Source: Macrostomum lignano
Taxonomy: Eukaryota
Reading direction: 5' to 3'
Assembly: GCA_002269645.1 (NCBI GenBank)
Contig: NIVC01001828.1
Span: 37,397-101,396, forward strand
DNA length: 64,000 bases
Within the stretch, counting starts at the first letter, position 1. Each line of letters begins with the position of its first letter. The translations under genes were made by a program, and so were the position numbers. Under the pieces are notes generated by a model. The model saw nothing but the letters and a program-made list of their open reading frames with translations. It ran no database searches and was not told the origin of the DNA. This document shows positions 56,801 through 64,000 of this stretch, in pieces.

Positions 56801-59800
56801 CAGCCGTACTGCTTCATCACTGACCAAGCTAGGTCGCCAGACTCCGTGACAGGCAACCGGCTGAGCAGCTCCTCCTGAGCCTCGCTGTGAAATGCCCAGA
56901 CTAAATTGCCAGCGGCGATGCCATTCTGTGCTAGCTCGGCCCGCTGGCTAGGCGGCAAAGTGCGCAACAGGTAGGTGTGATGCTGCAGTACAACAAAGAA
57001 TCTGAGACCGCACGCGTCTAGGGAGTCGGTGAGGCCGCGCACCTAAGCGAGGTTAGTAGGTTGGATGATAATAAAGGTTATTAAGAGGGCGGACACATAA
57101 ATGAGGCTTGTAAACGAAAAAATTGCTGTACAATTTAGGCTTGACGATGGGGGGGGGGGTCCGTAGCCCAGTGGCCAAGCGCGGCGCTCTCATGTGCCAG
57201 CGGCCCAGGCTCGATTCCAAGTGCAGTTACATTAATTTGGGGCTAAATTGGAATCTCGGCTTGGCTCTGCTCGTGCAATTAACGGCCTTGAGGGCCAACC
57301 CCCCAAGGCACAGTGTGTATGCCTAACGATAAATAAAGTTAGGGCCGCTGTACACTCCCGTGAGTGTGTGCCTGCTCAGGGGAGTCGGCAGAATGGCAGT
57401 AATGCCTCTCGCCGGTTGTGACAATCTTGCTTAAAGTGCGCCAGGGTGCACACTGCCCCTGCCTTTAACTAGGCCTGACGATAAGAACTCGGGGTCGCTG
57501 TACACCCTGTGCAAGATTGTGCCTGCGTGCGGTGCGTGCTCAGGGGTTATCGGAATGGGCCTGAGTTCTTGCTTCCTCGCTGCCTTGATTTGCACTCAGG
57601 GGTTTTCGGAATGGGCCTGAGTTCTTGCTTCCTCGCTGCCTTGATTTGCACTCAGGGGTTTTCGGAATGGGCCTGAGTTCTTGCTTCCTCGCTGCCTTGA
57701 TTTGCACTCAGGGGTTATCGGAATGGGCCTGAGTTCTTGCTTCCTCGCTGCCTTGATTTGCGACGGAGCCCAGAAAGACTCGTCGCAAGCTATAATAAAC
57801 CAGCTTAAAATCCTCTCACTCCGCAAATTAGAGCAGCCTTTAATTTGCAAGTTCCCACAGTAGCACTATGGCAGCAGAGTTCAAAGCCAGCTGCTCACCG
57901 AGCCCTCAGTGCTGGTGTAGCCTCGCACGCTGCCATCGTCTAGTGAGGCCAGACGCGCTCCAGTCTTCGGCTGCCAGTCGGAGCCCAGGCCGGTCTGCAG
58001 GTTGGCAACCACTTCAGCCAAAGCTAGCAGGTACATCTGGTCTAGGCGGCTCAGGCCGGGCAGCTGGATCTGCATCAGGTGCTCAGTAAGCAGCTTGGCG
58101 GTAGCTGGGCCGAAAGCCGTTCGATTGCCGCCCTGCTGCTGGTGAACAGTGGAAGTCACCCGACGCTGAGTCCGAGGAGACTTCGGTGAGTCGCCGTCGC
58201 CAGCCTCGAGCTCGTCGTCTTCTTCCGCCTCGAGCAGGTTGTGCGAGTAGGTATCCGGCAGAGAGGTCTCGTCGCCGAACGCGTTATCAAACAGATCGTT
58301 GGCACCGCCATTCAGCAGGCCGCCGGAAGCGTCGGCGCCAGCGCCAGATTGAGAGCCAGTGCCGGCACCGGCGACGCTGTCATTGTCGGCTTCGAACAAG
58401 GCGTACAGCGGCAGCGGCGGGACGGCTTTGATGTCAAGCACCTGAGTTAGGTAAAATGACGCGTGCTGGAGAAGTGGACGGGTTATTTTGTTGTAATTGC
58501 TTGCTAATAACTGTACAGTATAGTTACCGACACTAAACGACAAGACAGTCGACACATTAAGCAACCACATAACCGACAAATTAAATGACTATATGACTGA
58601 CATAATTAACGACCACATGACTGACATAATAAACAACCACATGACCGACATGATAAGCGACCACATGACCGACATGATAAGCGACCACATGACCGACATG
58701 ATAAGCGACCACATGACCGACATGTAAGCGACCACATGACCGACATGGTAAGCGACCACATGACCAACATGGTAAGCGACCACATGACCAACATGATAAA
58801 GGACAAGATAAGCAATACATTAAACGACAATTGGTGCAAATAACGAAAAAAACTTACAGCCTCATCGCCGGCAGCCTGAGGCTGGGCGCCCTCCACAACG
58901 CAGTGCGTGAGATGCGCCAATATGGCTCGGATCCGTTTGAATTTGCCAAAGCCAAGCAGTTCCATCAGCTTCTTAGGATGATACTGCGGCAGAGTTGGAT
59001 TGCAGATCTGGGCAGCCTCGAATAGGCCAACATCCTGGATGAAAGCTGCCAGATCCAAATGCTGCGGTTGAGCCAGAGAGATGGCGGCAGCACCAGCAGA
59101 CGAGGATGCAATCTGATCGTGCTCAGTCAGACTATAAGCCGAGTAGGTGCTGTGCAGCCGATTCAGAGGCAGGGTGGCAGCGGACTTAGACAAGGCCATG
59201 TCGGTCAGCTCTCGCTTGTCAACAAAACCGGATCGAGGCTTGGCACCGCCAGCCGGTGAAGCCGACGCCGTGGCCGCAAATTTTTTCTCCTTAAAAGAGT
59301 CCGCTGGCGCCGTGTCAACCGCGCCGAGTCCGCCTAGCAGAGGTTTCCACTGCGAATAGACGTGCAGCTCGTTGTCCATGCCAACAACTAGCAGACCCTC
59401 GCGCACCCAGGCCACTCGCATCGGTAGCGGGGCCAGATCGTCCGCCGTTGACAGCTGGATCGCTCTTAATCGCATCCAGCGAATCTCTAGGCCGGCAGCC
59501 GACTCCCCGGCCATCTTAGTTCGCTGCTGAAGCACAGCCCGACCTTGGCGCTTTAATGCCGCTTTCATGTCGTGATAGTCCTTGGCCGTAGCTGTGGCGA
59601 GCTCGTGCGACACCGGCGCAAACATTTGGATGCAGGTGCTAGCCGCCACGGACAGGATGTGCGACCCGTCCTCGGTGGACACCCAGTCAAGTTGGACGAA
59701 TCGCTCGTTGGGCCAGTCGGCTTCCGAGCCGTTGGGTTGAGCGCTTTTGCTGGTTAGAATATGAGGGACTTAGTTGCTAGTTAGTGAGTCATAGCAAGGC

Positions 59801-62297
59801 TTTCAGACTACCATTGAGCAGCCCTACTAATTATACCATTGAGCAGCCCTACTGATAATCCCATTGAGCAGCCCTACCGATTATACCATTGAGCAGCCCT
59901 ACCGATTATACCATTGAGCAGCCCTACTGATAATCCCATTGAGCAGCCCTACTGATTATCCCATTGAGCAGCCCTACTGATTATCCCATTGAGCAGCCCT
60001 ACTAATTATCCCATTGAGCAGCCCTACTAATTATTCCATTGAGCAGCCCTAGTGATTATCCCATTGAGCAGCCCTACTAATTATCCCATTGAGCAGCCCT
60101 ACTGATTATACCATTGAGCAGCCCTACTGATTATCCCATTGAGCAGCCCTACTGATTATCCCATTGAGCAGCCCTACTGATAATCCCATTGAGCAGCCCT
60201 ACTAATTATCCCATTGAGCAGCCCTACTGATTATACCATTGAGCAGCCCTACTGATTATACCATTGAGCAGCCCTACTGATTATCCCATTGAGCAGCCCT
60301 ACCGATTATACCATTGAGCAGCCCTACTAATTATCCCATTGAGCAGCCCTACTGATTATCCCATTGAGCAGCCCTACCGATTATACCATTGAGCAGCCCT
60401 ACCGATTATACCATTGAGCAGCCCTACTAATTATCCCATTGAGCAGCCCTACTGATTATACCATTGAGCAGCCCTATTGATAATCCTATTGAGCAGCCCT
60501 ACTGATAATCCCATTGAGCAGCCCTACTAATTATCCCATTGAGCAGCCCTAGTGATTATCCCATTGAGCAGCCTACTGATTATCCCATTGAGCAGCCTAC
60601 TTTTTAGAACAATGCATACTTACAGACTAGACGCCAATATACTCTTGTGCAGGTGAATAGAGTCCTCCATAGTCCAGCCGGTGCCGCCAGTTGACTCCCA
60701 CTCGTAGATAGCCACTCGAATATCTAATAGCCTACCGGTGCCGCAGCCGTTTCCAATCTTAATACCCTCATCTTCCTCGCCAGGCAGACTGCTAGTGCTG
60801 CCTGTGCTGCTGCGGTAGGCCACGGCGATCCGGCCGCTATAGGCGCAGGAGACGCTTAGCGGCTGGCCGGGCACTTCAATAGCGCTAGCCGAATCGCCTA
60901 GCATTCGCCATTCGCGCCAATATGATCCGGTGGCTTCGCCGCCTCTCTGTTGCCATGGCGACCAGAATCGGATACGATTATCAGTGCACACGGTGGCTAG
61001 TAGGTAGGGTGACAGGCAGGCCGGATAGATCGACGCGGAGCTGAGATGGCCGGCTGACACGGCCGCTTGAGTTATGCCAACTCCAGGCGGCAGGGCCAGT
61101 GCAGCCGAGGCCACCTTGGCTGAGCACACTGTCAGGCTGAGCTCGCTGAGCAGTGTGCGACGGCTTGAGTCCGCGTACGGCGACTCCGGCTCGCTGGGGC
61201 TGCCAGCATTAACTGACTGCTGCCGCTGCAGCTGCTGCTCGGCTGGGGTCCGCTTGCCTGAATTGAATTGATAGTTAATGGGTTAATGAGACAGGTGAAA
61301 AATTCTGGTGACACATGACAAGACAGCAGTCAAACTGACAGGTGACACATGACAAGACAGCAGTCAGACTGACAGGTGACACACGACAATACAGCAGTCA
61401 GACTGATAGGTGACACACGGCAAGGCAGCAGTCAGACTGACAGGTGACACATGACAAGACAGCAGTCAGACTGACAGGTGACACACGACAATACAGCAGT
61501 CAGACTGATAGGTGACACACGGCAAGGCAGCAGTCAGACTGACAGGTGACACATGACAAGACAGCAGTCAGACTGACAGGTGACACACGGCAAGGCAGCA
61601 GTCAGACTGACAGGTGACACACGGCAAGGCAGCAGTCAGACTGACAGGTGACACATGACAAGACAGCAGTCAGACTGACAGGTGACAGAGGGCAGGACAG
61701 CAGTCAGCTACTGACAGGTGACACACGTGACACAGGACGGCAACTCACCGAGGGTGATACGCCACACGTGAAGACGGGTAACGCCGTCAGGCTCCCCAAC
61801 CAGCATTGCCAAATAGAAGTTGCCAGTCTGAGCATCTGTTGACGTGGCCGACGAGGCCGTCTCGGCAGCCGATCGATTGCCGGTGACCAGCGGCTCGGCG
61901 AAAGCGTGCAGTATGAGAGCGCCGCCGCCGCCTGGGACGCGAGAGTCGGCCACTTCGGCTAGTTCAACAACGCAGCCAGGCTTGGAGGCACTCTGCAAGC
62001 TGACAATCTCGCTGCTGTTGCTGCCGGCCATGGACACGTGGCTGGCTATGCTGGTGTCCGTTGTGGAGGAGCTCATACCGCTTGCTGCGCCAACACCCTG
62101 CAGTGAATTGAAAATTAACTTTGCTAACTGGCTACTTCAAGTAGAAATTCACGAAAGTTCGACTCATTGAAATTGAACATGCAAATAAAAATAAGTGCGC
62201 GTACGCTTTTGCATAGACGACTAACATAAAAAAATTAATTTAAGAACAAATAATACGCGTAGACAAACAGACACAAACGCAGACTGGCACACGGGAA

Positions 62298-62337
<40 letters not shown>

Positions 62338-62406
62338 CAGACAGACAGACAGACAGGCAAACAGACAGACAGACAGACACTAAGACAGACAGACAGACAG
62401 ACAGGC

Positions 62407-62445
<39 letters not shown>

Positions 62446-64000
62446 GACACAAAAGCAAGAATAAACAACTCACGGTCTGCTGTCGGTTCCGCTCAGCCCT
62501 GGCCGTCAGAATACTCCTGGCATCGATAACAGCCATGTAGCAACGGAGTCGCACGCCGTCAAAAGCAACAAAGACTGTGCCTGGCGACCGGTTAGACGAG
62601 CCCAACACGGAAGTTGGCAGCAGCGCGGGCAGCCAGGCCATGTGGGTGAAGGCGGTTGGCAAGGCTGAGTTCACCCTGGCCAGTTCCGTCATGCCGCCGC
62701 TGCTAGACAACGGGCCAACTGATTCAACTCGCCACAGGATCAACTCGGAATTGAAATCCGACCCAGATTGCGAGTCGGCCGCGTCCTGCTGTTGATGCTG
62801 GAACTCGTGCTGTGAACTAGTCAGCACCAGCGGCAGCACCGGGTGACACTGGACATTGTTAGTGCGGAACCGGTGACCGCTCATGCGATCAACGTGGCTA
62901 ATGCTCACAACAGTCTGATAGCTGGAGTTCTCAGCAAAGTTGATCTGCCACAGGTTTAGCGAACCATTCCGATGCTTGGATAGTATCATTGCGCAGGGCA
63001 GGATCAGGCCGCCGCCGCGGCTCTTGCCGCCTCCGCCTCCGCCCCCGCTGCCGCTTTTCCACATGTTGCCGACTGATGTTGATAGCGATTCGCCTGCGGT
63101 TGGTTGTTGATTGACAAATCAGACGGCGGAACCGAGGAGAAGCTAAGAAACAACTCTGTGGATCTCAAATAAATATTCTCAGGAGGCTTGCGGGCACTCC
63201 GGCAAATAGAGCGCTGAGGGCAACTCCGCCCATTCCACGGACTTCTGAGCACAAAACAAGCGCGTCAATACTGTACGCAGACACGCAGTCATGCACACGA
63301 TCACACAGGGTGTACAGCGGTTCTGGCTTTCTCTGTACATGTACTATGGGGTAGAATCGAACCAGGGGTCGTGGCGCGTTGAGTCAGGCGTTTAACCGCT
63401 ACGCTGCTTTGCCCCGTGAATCTTCTAGAAGATCTCAGATTAAACAAAGCAGAAGACTAAGCTTTTGAAAGCTAAAGAACATTAAAAATAAATCTAAACC
63501 GACTCACCAAGCTGCTGCTGCTGTTGCAGTTGCTGCCTGGCCGCTGGAATACCGCCCCACACGTCGGCATCCTCGCCGTATAGAATAAGATGAGACGACA
63601 TCGAGATAGCGTCGCCAACTGGGAAAGCGCGCGGAATGCTAGACGAGAAGCTGACATGGGCCTGGCGATAGCAGCCAGACGATCGCTCGTCGATCCATTC
63701 AACCATCCACACAAGGAAGCTGCCATCGTACGGGTGGATGGCGAACAGCATGTCCGGGCACTGGTACCAGCGGTCTAGTGCATCGTCGAGGCTTGCCGGC
63801 TTCGTTGAAGCGCCGCCGTCTCCTTCGTCTTCGGCATCGTCGACAGCCGAATTTTGCCTTTGTTGCTGCTGACGCGACGATCGCTTAGTGAAGTGCAAGA
63901 ATTTGTTATTCAGCCAGTGCATTACAAAACCAGTGCCGCCGCCGCCGCCGCTTCCGCGCAGGTGTCGGCCAAAAGACGGCATCAGCGGTATGTCAGTCTC
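44826..64000 (-). CDS. DMXL: DmX-like protein / rabconnectin-3 alpha (Rav1-like WD40 scaffold of the V-ATPase assembly complex); 5' end lies beyond the window
   Basis: Phase-consistent exons: >64000-63508, 63093-62474, 62097-61749, 61257-60624, 59749-58858, 58441-57899, 57042-56556, 56257-54476, 50819-49728, 48264-47552, 46730-46182, 45116-44826. Motifs: LSKHRNGSLNLW, GHRFRTNNVQCHPVLPLVLTSS, LDWVSTEDGSHILSV, LPQYHPKKLMELL, ALKNAFDLLGKQRFEHAAAFFLL, LRFVACQRIMSEELSTLATGFEVDGGQLRAQLYAWLERE, and C-terminal WD40 repeats. Confidence 0.93.
45283..46092. repeat. 33-bp minisatellite (gtgacactttctgtgcgcttattctgaaaacag) in the last DMXL intron
   Basis: Direct reading; ~24 copies. Confidence 0.95.
46750..47490. 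repeat. 24/25-bp minisatellite (ggctgctcaatgggataaccagta)
   Basis: Direct reading; it is the reverse complement of the 59810-60600 array family. Confidence 0.95.
48655..49602. repeat. 20-bp minisatellite (ggttttgagatacttcagat) with 60-bp trimers
   Basis: Direct reading. Confidence 0.95.
51215..54415. repeat. 3.2-kb purine-rich satellite (ggcggcagggaggag[gag]agaggagaga) with a 1167-bp higher-order duplication
   Basis: Rare variants ggaaag (52441, 53608) and ggcatgg (ATG at 52707, 53874) are both 1167 bp apart. Confidence 0.95.
56355..56435. repeat. 16-bp tandem repeat (tgaattatatcacacc), ~5 copies
   Basis: Direct reading. Confidence 0.9.
57150..57465 (+). mobile_element. SINE family 2, copy c
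   Basis: gtccgtagcccagtggccaagcgcggcgctctcatgtg...ggctcgattccaagtgc; reverse complement of copies a and b. Confidence 0.8.
57538..57761. repeat. 56-bp tandem repeat, 4 copies, starting inside a partial SINE2 body
   Basis: caggggtt at 57541, 57597, 57653 and 57709. Confidence 0.9.
58585..58800. repeat. 24-bp minisatellite (accacatgaccgacatgataagcg)
   Basis: Direct reading. Confidence 0.9.
59810..60600. repeat. 25/24-bp minisatellite (ccattgagcagccctactgattatc)
   Basis: Direct reading; inverted relative of 46750-47490. Confidence 0.95.
61310..61735. repeat. 34-bp minisatellite (gacaggtgacacatgacaagacagcagtcagact)
   Basis: Direct reading. Confidence 0.93.
62300..62450. repeat. (CAGA)n microsatellite
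   Basis: Direct reading. Confidence 0.95.
63280..63415 (-). mobile_element. Degenerate tRNA-derived SINE fragment
   Basis: Minus strand agcgtagcggttaaacgc...cctggttcgattctacccc (A/B-box-like), followed by the SINE2-like body motif gctgtacaccctgtg. Confidence 0.45.

Noticed and set aside
1-64000. Prokaryotic, phage or defence-island interpretation
   Set aside because: Spliceosomal introns, metazoan genes (tensin, DMXL) and SINEs are present; there are no operons.

Overview
Eukaryotic (metazoan) genomic DNA with GC-rich, Gln/Gly/Ala-rich exons and introns filled with minisatellites. This style resembles the flatworm Macrostomum lignano, but that is an inference only. Hand-spliced host genes: an MFSD4/NAGLT1-like MFS transporter (-, runs off the left edge); a tensin (SH2+PTB, -, 9 exons, no PTP/C2 exons seen); a single-exon secreted double-Kazal protein with a Tyr/Arg/Asn linker (-); a 5-exon calmodulin-like protein (+); and a DmX-like/rabconnectin-3 alpha gene (-, 12 exons, runs off the right edge). 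Mobile DNA: an apparently intact Ngaro-like tyrosine-recombinase retrotransposon (33032-37411, split direct repeats A1..B1-A2-B2); a ~3.3-kb non-coding Helentron/Helitron2-like element with an inverted copy of itself nested inside it (20478-27145); two tRNA-derived SINE families; and an internally deleted Tc1 element. The strongest leads are four. (1) A consensus splice donor and acceptor pair inside the Ngaro element would fuse the SAP DNA-binding domain of its gag ORF in frame to the tyrosine recombinase. (2) Gag and RT lie in one frame separated by a single UGA-CUG. (3) The self-nested A-B-A'-B' element. (4) One minisatellite family sits in inverted orientation in two DMXL introns, next to the splice sites a back-splice would use. 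All splice models were derived by eye from phase-matched GT/AG sites; no database searches were run.
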